Source of the DNA: Tubulanus polymorphus
Lineage: Eukaryota > Animalia > Nemertea
Direction: 5' to 3'
Length of the DNA: 64,000 nt
Assembly (NCBI RefSeq): GCF_964204645.1
Contig: NW_027437448.1
Coordinates: 46,712-110,711, forward strand
The position numbers were made by a program, and so were the translations under genes. The notes under the pieces are model-generated. The model ran no database searches. It worked only from the letters and a program-made list of their open reading frames with translations, and had not been told where the DNA came from. Shown here piece by piece: positions 24,275 through 37,300 of the stretch. Positions within the stretch are counted from its first letter, which is position 1, and each line of letters starts with the position of its first letter.

Positions 24275-27200
24275 TGAGAGGATGTACAAGGGTGTCCCGG
24301 GTTCGAACCCAGTAATTACTGATACTGGTTCAGAGTGGTCCTGATGCCGCGAATAAAGGATGTACAGGGGTGCCCCGGGTTCGAACCCAGTTATTACTGA
24401 TACTGATTCAGAGTTGTCCTGATGCCGAACAGGGGCATCCCGGCCGTACGGTGCTGCCTCTATGCTCATCGTTAGCGGGTTTATCATACACTAACGTAGT
24501 CGACTCTGGCAATCGACGTGCTGTCCAGTTATACTCCGTAACCCTAGCATGCCAGAGTTGACTTCCGTTAGTGTATGAAAATCCCGCCAACAATGAGCAT
24601 AGCGGCAGCACCGTACGGGGGATTGTTGATACACAAAAGTATTACTGATACTGGTTCAGAGTGATGCTGAAAAGAGGATGTGCAGGGGTGTCCCGGGTTC
24701 GAACCCAGTTACTGATGCTGATTCAGAGTGTAGTCCTGATGCTGAATAGAGGATGTACAGGGGAGTCCCAGGTTCGAACGTGGGAATCAATGACACCATG
24801 ACAATAAGTTCGCCATCTATTGGAATTTTGCTGAACTGTCAAAATCATAGAATTGACAATACCAAAGGTTTAGAAAGAACCATGTTTCTCATACGCCATC
24901 TACCGGCATATAGAATCATTAAGCATAGTGTCCCGGGTTCGACTGGGAATCACTGACACTGAATCAGAATAGTCCTGATGCTGTATAGAGGATGTGCAGG
25001 GGTGTCCCGGGGTCGAACCCAGTAATTACAGATACTGGTTCAGTGGTCCTGATGCCGAATAGAGGATGTACAGGGGTATCCCGGGTTCGAACCCCTGAGT
25101 CATTACTGATAATGGTTCAAAGTGGTCCTGATGCTGAATTGAGGATGAACAGGGGTGTCCCGGGTTCAAACCCAGTAATTACTGATACTCTGGTTCAGAG
25201 TTGTCCTGATGCTGAATAGAGGATGTACAGGGGTGTCCTGACCGTACGGTGCTGCCGCTATGCTCATCGTTAGCGGGTTTTTCATCCACTAACGTACGTC
25301 GACTCTGGCAATCGACGTGCTGTCCAGTTACACTCCGTAACCCTAGCATGCCAGAGTTGACTAACGTTAGTGTATAAAAATCCCGCTAACAATGAGCATA
25401 GCGGCAGCACCGTACGAGGAAATGTTGATATACAAACTGTATTACTGATACTGATTCAGAGTGGTACTGATGCTGAATAGAGGATGTAATGGGGTGTCCC
25501 GGGTTCAGACCCAGTAATTACTGATACTGATTCAGAGTTGTCCTGATGCTGGATAGAGGGTGTACAGGGGTGTCCCGGGTTCGAACCCAGTATCATTACT
25601 GATACTGATTCAGAGTGGTACTGATGCTGAATAGAGGATGTAATGGGTTGTCCCGGGTTCGATCCCAGTAATTGCTGATACTGATTCAGAGTGGTCCTGA
25701 TGCTGAATAGAGGATGTACAGGTGTGTCCCGGGTTCGATCCCATGACAATAAGTTCGCCATCTATCGGAATTTTGCTGAACTGTCAAAATCATAGAATTG
25801 ACAATACCACGGTTTTAGATTGAACCATGTTTCTCATACGCCATCTACCGGCATATAGAATCATTAAGCATAGTGTCCCGGGTTCGAACCTGGAAATCAC
25901 TGACACTGATTCAGGGTGGTCCTGATGCTATAGCGGATTTACTGGGGTGTCCCGGGTTCGAACCCAGTAATTACTGACACCGATTCAGAATGGTCCTGAT
26001 GCTGTATAGAAGATGTACAGGTGTGTCCCGGGTTCGATCCCATGACAATAAGTTCGCCATCTATCGGAATTTAGCTGAACTGTCAAAATCATAGAATTGA
26101 CGATACCAAGGTTTTAGAATGAACCATGTTTCGCATACGCCATCCACCGGAATATAGAATCATTAAGCATAGTGTCCCGGGTTCGAACCTGGGAATCACT
26201 GACACTGAATCAGAATAGTCCTGATGCCGAATTGACGATGAACAGGGATGTCCCGGGTTCGAATCCAGTAATTAGTGACACTGTTACAGAGTGCATGGTC
26301 CTGATGCTGAATAGAGGATGTACAGGGGCATCCCGGCCGTACGGTGCTGCCGCTATGCTCATCGTTAGCGGGTTTTTCATACACTAACGTAAGTCGACTC
26401 TGGCAATCGACGTGCTGTCCTTAGGCGTTTTTATGGAAGCCCTGAGACGACATCTTGAGTTTATGAGTTCCCCAGTTCATAACTTCCTGAGTTCTCAAAT
26501 TCATGAATTCCTGTGTTCGTTTGATGACAAAAAGCCTGCGATACTTTAACATCGAACGTTAACACGATGTTCTATGAAAGACCCGCGTCTAAGGCTCAAG
26601 ACGACACTGTATAACCAGCAATTAACGGCATGTTGAAGGGAGAAGGGCGCCTCCGTTCTGCCGGCATGTAGCTCGAGCGGCTCCGATTTTCTGTACGTGG
26701 TAGTGGGTGACTCCGATTCACTGCCGACTCTCGATGTGTCTGTTCAGGTTTTAATTATAATGGAGACAAACGCTCATTATTAGACATTTTTAACATCTTT
26801 TGATTTTCTATAAACCATCAAGAAAGCAGATAGCTGATGATAGACTGGTTGCCGGTCTACCATCAGTTGACTGCCAGTGCAGGATGATTGGACACAGTCA
26901 ACCAGTCTAGGTTGATGTGAGACATAACTTTTGTAGTTAATTCATGGCGAAAAAGGATTTGACATCCTTAGAATATGATGTTTTTTAAGTCGCGTTATTT
27001 CATAGTTTGCCAAAATGCACAAATAAACTCAAAATCTCATAAACTCAGGAAGTGATGAACTGGGGAACTCATAACCTCAAGATGTCGTCTCAGGGCTTCC
27101 ATAGTTTTAAGTTATACTCCGAAACCCTAGCTTGCCAAAGTTGACTTACGTTAGTGTATGAAAATCCCGCTAACGATGAGCATAGTGGCAGCACCGTACG

Positions 27201-27358
27201 GGGAAATGTTGATATACAAAAGTAAATACTGATACTGGTTCAGTGATGCTGAATAGAGGGTACAGGGATGTCCAGGGTTCAAATCCAGTAATTACTGATA
27301 CTGATTCAGAGTGGTCCTGATGCTGAAAAGGATGTACAGGGGCGTCCCGGGTTCAAAT
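24275..27358. repeat. Composite satellite of ~75-bp units containing GTCCCGGGTTCGAACCC, interleaved with foldback elements
   Basis: Repeated GATGCTGAATAGAGGATGTACAGGGGTGTCCCGGGTTCGAACCCAGTAATTACTGATACTG; ~170-bp foldbacks at ~24445-24617, ~25242-25416 and ~26337-27200 (interrupted); ~140-bp block at ~24797, 25742, 26041. Confidence 0.9.
26432..27103. mobile_element. TIR element (~670 bp) nested in the loop of a foldback element
   Basis: ~60-bp TIRs TATGGAAGCCCTGAGACGACATCTTGAG... / ...CTCAAGATGTCGTCTCAGGGCTTCCATA; the two sister foldbacks lack it. Confidence 0.85.
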
Positions 27359-27669
27359 CGAAAATCAATTCACAACAAAAACAAAACACAAACATTCTCA
27401 TCATAGTCTCGAAATCTAATTCATTGTTACATATTTGAAATTCAGAAATAAGCAAAATAAACATCCATTTAAGAAATTCAAAACGCTGCAGATGAAACTG
27501 ACGCCGGTTTTAAATAGATTAATAAGTGAATTATGGTTTGATAAAGGCTTCACTAATACAAAGTGGTGAATATAAATGTAACTGTACACGTAGGATATAA
27601 ATAGAACAAACAGTTGAATATCAATGCATGGAATTAAATTGCTGAGGGGTGAAACGCGTCAAATTCATT

Positions 27670-29079
27670 CTATCTGAAATGTTTTCCATCTAAAACACAA
27701 TTCATTTCTTTCACGCTTTGTTTAACGCAATCAACGAATTCAGAAACATTCGTCTCCGGGGGATACGACGTAACAATACAACCGAGTTTATCAGCCATTA
27801 TAGCGTAACCTACAACACAAAGAGCAACACGATTAACAGAAGAGAGGGGAGTGAGGGGGAGGGGGAGTGAGGTGGAGGGGGGAACTCACCTATACCATAT
27901 CCATCAGATACAACTGGAGCAAATCCACCAATCAGAACAGAAGGACTGCTCAATGTAGAGGTAGATATGATGTTATGGTTGAGTAGATTATACCCGGGCT
28001 CCTCGTAAATATCTGGTAATTTATCACCTCGATTTAAACAGATCGATTTCATCGCGAATAAATGACGATCAAAACCTTGACCTGAAAATATAAATCACAC
28101 GACAATAGAAAATAGAACAGCAACCTAATCCTAATCCTAATCCTAATCCTAATCCTAATCCTATAAAATGTCTAATGTCTGGTGATTGTAGTTAAGCCCT
28201 GAATACATGTGAAGTGTGGACTATCAGTTTTTTAACTGGTCTAATGTCTGATGTTTCATGGTGAAGTCCTCATCCCTGAATTAGACTTACCCATCGCAGC
28301 ATTTTTAGTCAGTTCATTATGTTTATCGGAACATTGTCTGATAGAATTTTCCATCTCTTGCGGAGAAGCTTCAGACGTGGTTGTATTAAACATTTCACTA
28401 GTATTTCTAGTAAATAAAGTACAAGGTCGAATAGTTTCAGTTCTACCGTGTTTAAACGCTGATGTACTGCATGATTCATACGAACCGACTGTTCTTCCAT
28501 TTGATTGTTTATGGTAAGCCATCTGTAAAATAAATACATCATTGAACCATGTACGGTACGCGACATCAGACATTATTATCAAACACTCACCTGAAACGCT
28601 AATTGCATAAAAGCATCCGGACTGATTTTCTTACTTTTCAAATATTTGCTTCCGAAAGCATCCATCACGAAATAATCCAAATCTAAAGTTTTAACTTTCT
28701 GATCGAATTTCTCTAAAGCCGTTTTGATGCCGCTTTTTACTTCATCGTTCAATTGAAACTCTACAAATAGAAAACAAACTGATTTAAATCTAGAATTGTA
28801 AATTGATAAGTTGTAAATTGAAAGTAGTAAATGCCACTGACTGATTCGTCGAACGGATTGCGATGAATCGATACTCGATGGTTTGGAATCGGGATGAACG
28901 CTCGGATTCGACGTCGTATCTTTAAATACTTCGTTGAAGAATCTGAGTACAGCAACGCCATCTCCCCACGAGTGTTCAAAATTCACACTAGCGGTTCCAT
29001 CAGCAGCAAATAACAGAGAAAATGATTTATCATACCACCTACAATATACAATAAACAACTCTACAACTTACAACTGAGC

Positions 29080-29112
<33 letters not shown>

Positions 29113-32100
29113 TTAAACCTGTTTGAAGCGCGACCGTGTAAAAACTGACTCGACATTCCTTTCACATCAGTTTCATGTTTAGGTGAATAATCGTCTAAAG
29201 ACAGCATGAATACAGCCGTATCTACGAGTCTTAGAGCTTCTTCATTACCTATAAACACAACATCCAACAGTTATAAATAGTTGATGAAATGATATATAGG
29301 TGTCTCTGACTGTCGTACCGACCGTTATTCACTAATGATTCTCTCAGTTGCGCCCAGGTGTCTCTGTGTTCTGACGTTAAAGCTCCTATTGGATGTTCAC
29401 ATTCACCGATATCATCATTCAATATATACTGTATATTAGCCATTATATCACCAGGGGGCGCTATACGACCTGTATAAAATGTAGAGGAATATAGTTTGAA
29501 TCACCAGGGGGCGCTATACGACCTGTATAAAATGTAGAGGAATATAGTTTAAATCACCAGGGGGCGCTATACGACCTGTATAAAATGTAGAGGAATATAG
29601 TTTAAATCACCAGGGGGCGCTATACGATCTGTATAAAATGTAGAGGAATATAGTTTAAATCACCAGGGGGCGCTATACGACCTGTATAAAATGTAGAGGA
29701 ATATAGTTTGAATCACCAGGGGGCGCTATACGACCTGTATAAAATGTAGAGGAATATAGTTTAAATCACCAGGGGGCGCTATACGACCTGTATAAAATGT
29801 AGAGGAATATAGTTTAAATCACCAGGGGGCGCTATACGACCTGTATAAAATGTAGAGGAATATAGTTTAAATCACCAGGGGGCGCTATACGACCTGTATA
29901 AAATGTAGAGGAATATAGTTTAAATCACCAGGGGGCGCTATACGACCTGTATAAAATGTAGAGGAATATAGTTTAAACCACCAGGGGGCGCTATACGACC
30001 TGTATAAAATGTAGAGGAATATAGTTTGAATCACCAGGGGGCGCTATACGACCTGTATAAAATGTAGAGGAATATAGTTTGAATCACCAGGGGGCGCTAT
30101 ACGACCTGTATAAAATGTAGAGGAATATAGTTTAAATCACCAGGGGGCGCTATACGACCTGTATAAAATGTAGAGGAATATAGTTTAAATCACCAGGGGG
30201 CGCTATACGACCTGTATAAAATGTAGAGGAATATAGTTTAAATCACCAGGGGGCGCTATACGACCTGTATAAAATGTAGAGGAATATAGTTTAAATCACC
30301 AGGGGGCGCTATACGATCTGTATAAAATGTAGAGGAATATAGTTTGAATCACCAGGGGGCGCTATACGACCTGTATAAAATGTAGAGGAATATAGTTTAA
30401 ACCACCAGGGGGCGCTATACGACCTGTAAAAAAAACGCAGGGGGCGCTATAAACCGGTGTAAAACTTTAAAACTTACCATCTTCATTGATCACATCGAAT
30501 ATATAAATATGACCTTTTCGTTGAACAGCAATGTGTCGAGCAGTTTCATCCGTTAACAGTTCATCCTTCACAAGTCTGAAATAATAATAATAATGATGAA
30601 GTCATCAATAAATAGATTCAGATATAAACTGATGAGTATAGAATGTGTGTTTTACCGTGGAATACGAGTTGAATTAAACAATCTCGGAAATTGACTCATA
30701 TCTAACGGGAATGCTTTATACCAATAGGCTCCGTACCAAGAAACAGCTTGAGGTAAATACCTAGAAATACATATAACTACTGACTACCTTATTCCTACCT
30801 CATCTCAAATACAGCTTATTCAATCTTACTTGACAAAATTACGAAAACTTTGTGTGTCACTTTTCTTCGGATTCAGATGGAAAACTTCAGGTTCTAATAA
30901 TCCAGCTCGGTAGGTTTTCATAAATTTCATAGCAGAAACAATCATATTAGTGGCTCTGACAATCTGTAAAAACAATCATATTTCGTGGCCCTGACAATCT
31001 TTAAAAACAATCAAATTTAGTGGCTCTGACAATCTGTAAAAACAATCATATTTAGTGTCTCTGACAAGGCATTGAATTAAAATGAATATATGAATGGTTT
31101 GAAATGGATTGAATACCTGTGTATTGTAGAGTTTCCTCGGATCTGGGTTAAAAACCACAAACGGATTGTGATTGAAAACCAGAGCGGGTCGATATTTCAA
31201 ATACATATCATACCAGGGACCTGAAACAACAATACACAAATACCAGTACATCTTAATACATCGGAGTAATACATTGGAGTAATACATCGGAGTAATACAT
31301 CGGAGTAATACATCGGAGTAATACATCGGAGTAATACATCGGAGCAATACATCGGAGTAATACATCGGAGTAATACATCGGATTAATACATCGGAGTAAT
31401 ACATTGGAGTAATACATCGGAGTAATACATCGGAGTAATACATCGGATTAATACATCGGAGCAATACATCGGAGTAATACATCGGAGTAATACATCGGAT
31501 TAATACATCGGAGTTATACATCGGAGTAATACATCGGAGCAATACATCGGAGTAATACATCGGAGCAATACATCGGAGTAATACATCCTTACTTACCAGA
31601 TATATAACTAGTTTGTTTATTAGATTTATCTAATTGCACTAATTCATTGTGATATTCTGCAAAAACATTAAAATACAATTTGTCAATCAATTATCAAATT
31701 AGTTGATTAAATTCGGACACTCGCTCGTGCGCACGGTACCTTGAAGTGACTGAACAGTTTTATCAACAGAGAAATGTTGTTTATGTTGAGGGATTAAAGG
31801 TTGAACTGATTGCGAGTATCTGCTGCATGTATCATGTAGTTTAGGTATCGGTAATCGAGGTAAACTCCTCTGGAAATGATCGGTAGGAATCGAACTACGA
31901 TGTAATAATTCATCAGCATCAAATTCACTGTCGCAATAAATAGAAAAACATACATTTCAAACAGAGTTGTTTTAAACACATATCTTTTAATGAGTGTTTA
32001 ATTCCACTATATATAGGAATGTATAACATGATGTCATATCTTAAAACCTGTAAAGACGTGTGTCTCTGAAACGCAGTAGCGTCTGCACAGACAGTGTTTA

Positions 32101-32919
32101 TTGTTTCTAATTACCGTTTTGAATCTTTCTTGTTACTGCTATGAAATTTTTTGAAGCATGTTGATAATTTCTGAAAGAGATAGATACAATTTAAAATCAA
32201 CTGGTTGGGGATCGGTGCGGGATGAAAGTAGAGCCCGATGAGGTATTGCCGGCGCTGGGACGAGTTTGTAGCACTTTGGTACCATTTAGACTAATGTCTA
32301 TTTCAACCTGACTTGAGAGCATTCCGGGTGGCCTAGCTCACTCATTTTTGGTAGTACATACCTGATAAAGGTCTTAAAAAGGACAGGCAGTCGACCTAAA
32401 TCATCATTTTTTAATCCATTTGAAACTGTATTGAAGGATATCCAAAAAATCTGCAGTGAGAGGGGTTCCTGAGAGAAAAGAGACTCCATGATTTGAAAGT
32501 TTAACAATATGTTTCCATGCCTACGTATCAAATTTCAGTTGGTAGGCAGATTTTTTGGATATCCTTCAATACAGTTTCAAATGGATTAAAAAACGATGAT
32601 TTAGGTTGACTGCCAGTCCTTTCTAGTCCTAATAAGACTTCTATCAGGTATGTACCACCAAAACGACTGACTGAGCTAGGCCACCCTGTATGCTCTCAAG
32701 TCAAGTTGAAATAGACATTAGTCTGAATACAGCAGGACATTGTGACGTTCCTGACAACAACTTGTCTTGGAGACAGGTAACACTGTATGTATAGCTCCGC
32801 TAGGACTCGGGGGGGGGGGGTGGTCTTACCGGTATATTACACTGAATACTGCTGCTGCAGCTGCTGCTGCTGTTTATTATCGTCCTGTATCTTTTAGATA
32901 AACATCTGGACAGCAACAT
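27670..32919 (-). CDS. CPT2: Carnitine O-palmitoyltransferase 2, mitochondrial (multi-exon)
   Basis: Exons 32919-32830, 32170-32115, 31927-31740, 31656-31597 and further exons give [66 protein letters not shown] (catalytic His), [55 protein letters not shown]; stop at 27670-27672. Confidence 0.96.
29448..30460 (-). repeat. 53-bp tandem repeat (19 copies plus one degenerate) made of a CPT2 acceptor site and exon start
   Basis: Unit TCACCAGGGGGCGCTATACGAC|CTGTATAAAATGTAGAGGAATATAGTTTRAA; the lowest-coordinate copy is the real exon start (29469). Confidence 0.97.
30936..31066 (-). repeat. 35-bp tandem repeat (~4 copies) spanning a CPT2 acceptor site
   Basis: AAACAATCATATTTAGTGGCTCTGACAAT|CTGTAA repeated; real exon starts at 30963. 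Confidence 0.9.
31254..31586. repeat. 13-bp minisatellite (TAATACATCGGAG) filling a CPT2 intron
   Basis: About 25 tandem copies. Confidence 0.97.
32294..32718. mobile_element. MITE with long TIRs and TA target duplication in intron 1 of functional CPT2
   Basis: TA|ATGTCTATTTCAACC...GTTGAAATAGACAT|TA; duplicated units show the empty site ACTAGTCTG. Confidence 0.9.
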
Positions 32920-32935
32920 TTTGAATTTTTAGAGC

Positions 32936-32955
32936 AACCCGGAAGTAAACCGGAA
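32936..32955. promoter_or_regulatory. ETS-type motifs (ACCCGGAAGT/ACCGGAA) immediately upstream of the CPT2 ATG
   Basis: CCGGAAGT consensus, present in all 9 units; same motif occurs in the two bidirectional promoters. Confidence 0.55.
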
Positions 32956-34092
32956 CACCGCCACAGCTGTCAGATTTTACTCATTGCTACCGAATAATTA
33001 TAGCAAGGTCAGCTCCACAGCCTTGATAAATGCTTATCGCAAAGACAAAAAGAAGCATAGAAAATATTTTTTATGTAACCGTATTTTGTAAATAATAATA
33101 TGTATGTTACAGTTCAGTTTCTATACACAGTTTTCTGATATATAAGATTGATCTCAATCAATTTAATGTATGCGAAAAATGTATCTGTTATCATTCGATT
33201 TAGTGGCGCTAATTTAGTGTTCTAGTCCTACGCATGGTGGCAGCACTTGACGGTACTATACCAATGTCCCCGACCCGCGGGCCGGGTGCCGTTTTCTGCC
33301 CGGGTCAACTATTGCCCGAAAACCTATCAACTATTAAAGAAAAAAGAAAACAAGCAAAGGAAAATATCTTGTATAGAAAGTTTATTAATAATTTATAGAA
33401 AAGCCTTTTATCCTCAGCACAGAAAGGATTACAAAAATACATTCCATCGATAACATTTTTTTCAACCGTTTTTGTGACAATAAAAGTTCATTCCAATAGG
33501 GGAAAAACTTTTTAAGTATTTCGTTCATTAACAATTAGAAATTTTTTGAATCAAAACTCGATCAGAATTTGTTCTAAACTCAATCAGTGATTGGTACAAA
33601 CAACACTGGTGAAAATTGATGATTATCTGAGACATATTAAATTTGATTAATTAATTTTTACTTTTTGGGCTCCACTTCACCCAGCTGCATCAGTCTTTCC
33701 CTCTTCCTCTTCTCCAGGTCTCTCTCTCTCTATTTTATACATCATAAAATAATCGTGATAATTGATATCTTATCATAAATGCAACAATGCTGCAAAATAC
33801 CTAAAAAAATCAATAACAGTTTAAACATTAGTTCAATCTATTGATATTAGCATAAAATCATTAGAAATTAAAACTTACTTGAAAATACACAACACAGCGA
33901 ATAAACGCACTAAAACACGGCCGAATAAACCGAGGACTTCAACGCGGAATTTCACTCAACTAATTCCTAATTTATTCGTTTTAGCATCAAATCTAAAATA
34001 AATAATAAAAACCTTCAACATCAAATTCACTGTCGCAATAAGTAGAAAAACATACATTTCAAACAGAGTAGTTTTAAATACATATCTCTTAA

Positions 34093-34380
34093 CCCTTTCA
34101 GTGCCGACTAATTAATACTCTATAGTGCGGGAGAAAATTTGAAAATTTTGAAGAATTCCACCCTAGTGTGTTGAATAACGGGAATACCACTATAGTGCAT
34201 CTACACCGCGGTGCGGTGTATCGTTAGTTACTAATATTTCACTATGTTTGACAGGTGCTGCCATTTTTCAAGAGAGATATAAATTAAATACTAATTACAT
34301 CAATAGACCGCAGTGTGGTGTACTAGCAAAATCTATCACTGATTTATACACCGCATTGCGGTGCAGACGCACTGAAAGGG
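34093..34380. mobile_element. piggyBac-like MITE (~288 bp), copies also at ~36439, 39075, 41445, 43796, 46166 and 50575 (truncated)
   Basis: TTAA|CCCTTTCAGTGC...GCACTGAAAGGG; empty TTAA site at ~31990 and ~48527. Confidence 0.85.
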
Positions 34381-37300
34381 AAACGAATGTTTAATTCAAC
34401 TATATATAGGAATGTATAACATGATGTCATATCTTAAAACCTGTAAAGACGTGTGTCTCTGAAACGCAGTAGCGTCTGCACAGACAGTGTTTATTGTTTC
34501 TAATTACCGCTTTGAATCTTTCTTGTTACTGCTATGAAATTTTTTGATGCATGTTGATAATTTCTGAAAGAGATAGATAAAATTTAAAATCAACTGTTTG
34601 GGGAGTGGTGCGGGATGAAAGTAGAGCCAGATGAGGTATTGCCGGCGCTGGGACGAGTTTGTAGCTTGGTACCATAATAGACTAGTCTGAATACAGGACA
34701 TTGTTACGTTCCTGACTGACAACAAATTGTCTTGGAGACAGGTAACCCTGTATGTATAGCTCCGCTAGGACTCGGGGGGGGGGGTGGTCTTACCGGTATA
34801 TTACACTGAATACTGCTGCTGCAGCTGCTGCTGCTGTTTATTATCGTCCTGTATCTTTTAGATAAACATCTGGACAGCAACATTTTGAATTTTTAGAGCA
34901 ACCCGGAAGTAAACCGGAACACCGCCACAGCTGTCAGATTTTACACATTGCTACCGAATAATTAGAGCAAGGTCAGCTCCACAGCCTTGATAAATGCTTA
35001 TCGCAAAGACAAAAAGAGGCATAGAAAATATTTTTTATGTAACCGTATTTTGTAAATAAAAATATGTATGTAACAGTTCAGTTTCTATACACAGTTTTCT
35101 GATATATGAGATTGATCTTAATCAATTTAATGTATCCGAAAAATGTATCTGTTATCATTCGATTTAGTGGCGCTAATTTAGTGTTCTAGTCCTAGGCATG
35201 GTGGCAGCACTTGACGGTACTATACCAATGTCCCCGACCCCGCGTGCCGGGTGCCGTTTCTGCCCGGGTCACCTATTGCCCGAAAACCTATCGACTATTA
35301 AAGTAAAAAGAAAACAAGCAAAGGAAAATATCTTGTATAGAAAGTTTATTAATAATTTATAGAAAAGCCTTTTATCCTCAGCACAGAAAGGATTACAAAA
35401 ATACATTCCATCGATAACATTTTTTTCAACCGTTTTTGTGACAATAAAAGTTCATTCCAATAGGGGAAAAACTTTTTAAGTATTTCGTTCATTAACAATT
35501 AGAAATTTTTTGAATCAAAACTCGATCAGAATTTGTTCTAAACTCAATCAGTGATTAGTACAAACAACACTGGTGAAAATTGATGATTATCTGAGACAAA
35601 TTAAATTTGATTAATTTATTTTTACTTTGTGGGCTCCACTTCGCCCAGCTGCATCAGTCTTTCCTTCTTCCTCTTCTCCAGGTCTCTCTCTCTCTCTTTT
35701 ATACATCATAAAATAATCGTGATAATTGATATCTGATCATAAATGCAACAATGCTGCAAAATACCTAAAAAAAACAATAACAGTTTAAACATTAGTTTAA
35801 TCTATTGATATTAGCATAAAATCATTAGAAATCAAAACTTACTTGAAAAGCAAGAAGAATCACTGTCAGTGATCTCTCATGAGTCGGACCAATAATTGAT
35901 CAAATAAAATTAATCAGCGTAAAATTATTACATTCGACAAATTTTCCGTCGTCGCCGAGATTGTATTTAATATCGATAATACGCAACACAGCGAATAAAC
36001 GCACTAAAACACGGCCGAATAAACTGAGGTCTTCAACGCGGAATTTCACTAAACTCATTCCTAATTTATTCGTTTTAGCATCAAATCTAAAATAAATAAT
36101 ATAAACATTCTATGAATAAATGGAACAGGAGAGAGGGGGAGGATCAATTATCGAATAAGTTGATTAAATACGGACGCACGCACGGTACCTTGAAGCGACT
36201 GCACAGTTTTATCAACAGAGAAATGTTGTTTATGTTGAGGGATTAAAGGTTGAACTGATTGCGAGTATCTGCTGCATGTATCATGTAGTTTAGGTATCGG
36301 TAATCGAGGTAAACTCCTCTGGAAATGATCGGTAGGAATCGAACTACGATGTAATAATTCATCAGCATCAAATTCACTGTCGCAATAAATAGAAAAACAT
36401 ACATTTCAAACAGAGTTGTTTTAAATACATATCTCTTAACCCTTTCAGTGCCGACTAATTAATACTCTATAGTGCGGGAGAAAATTAGAAAATTTTGAAG
36501 AATTCCACCCTAGTGTGTTGAATACAAGAAATACCACTATAGTGCGTCTACATCGGGTGCGGTGTATCGTTAGTTACTAATATTTCACTATGTTTGACAG
36601 GTGCTGCCATTTTTCAAGAGAGATATAAATTAAATACTAATTACATCAATAGACCGCAGTGTGGTGTACTAGCAAAATCTATCACTGATTTATACACCGC
36701 ATTGCGGTGCAGATGCACTGAAAGGGAAACGAGTGTTTAATTCAACTATATATAGGAATGTATAACATGATGTCATATCTTAAAACCTGTAAAGACGTGT
36801 GTCTCTGAAACGCAGTAGCGTCTGCACAGACAGTGTTTATTGTTTCTAATTACCGCTTTGAATCTTTCTTGTTACTGCTATGAAGTTTTTTGATGCATGT
36901 TGATAATTTCTGAAAGAGATAGATACAATTTAAAATCAACTGTTTGGGGAGTGGTGCGGGATGAAAGTAGAGCCAGATGAGGTATTGCCGGCGCTGGGAC
37001 GAGTTTGTAGCTTGGTACCATAATAGACATGATAGACTAGTCTGAATACAGGACATTGTTACGTTCCTGACAACAAATTGTCTTGGAGACAGGTAACCCT
37101 GTATGTATAGCTCCGCTAGGACTCGGGGGGGGGGGGGTGGTCTTACCGGTATATTACACTGAATACTGCTGCTGCAGCTGCTGCTGCTGTTTATTATCGT
37201 CCTGTATCTTTTAGATAAACATCTGGACAGCAACATTTTGAATTTTTAGAGCAACCCGGAAGTAAACCGGAACACCGCCACAGCTGTCAGATTTTACACA

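Noticed and set aside
24275-27358. tRNA gene cluster
   Set aside because: Only the B-box/T-loop motif is visible; no A-box, anticodon arm or acceptor stem found by eye.
28123-28163. (CCTAAT)n as interstitial telomere
   Set aside because: Only about 7 copies and not TTAGGG or TTAGG; ordinary intronic microsatellite.
29448-30460. CRISPR-like appearance of the regular arrays (also 53553-55271, 59176-60080, 62822-63178)
   Set aside because: Units are near-identical end to end with no unique spacers; no cas genes; eukaryotic context.
33247-33453. Repeated plus-strand ORF MTVLYQCP... in the array
   Set aside because: TTG start, intergenic position, and disrupted by indels or stops in several units.
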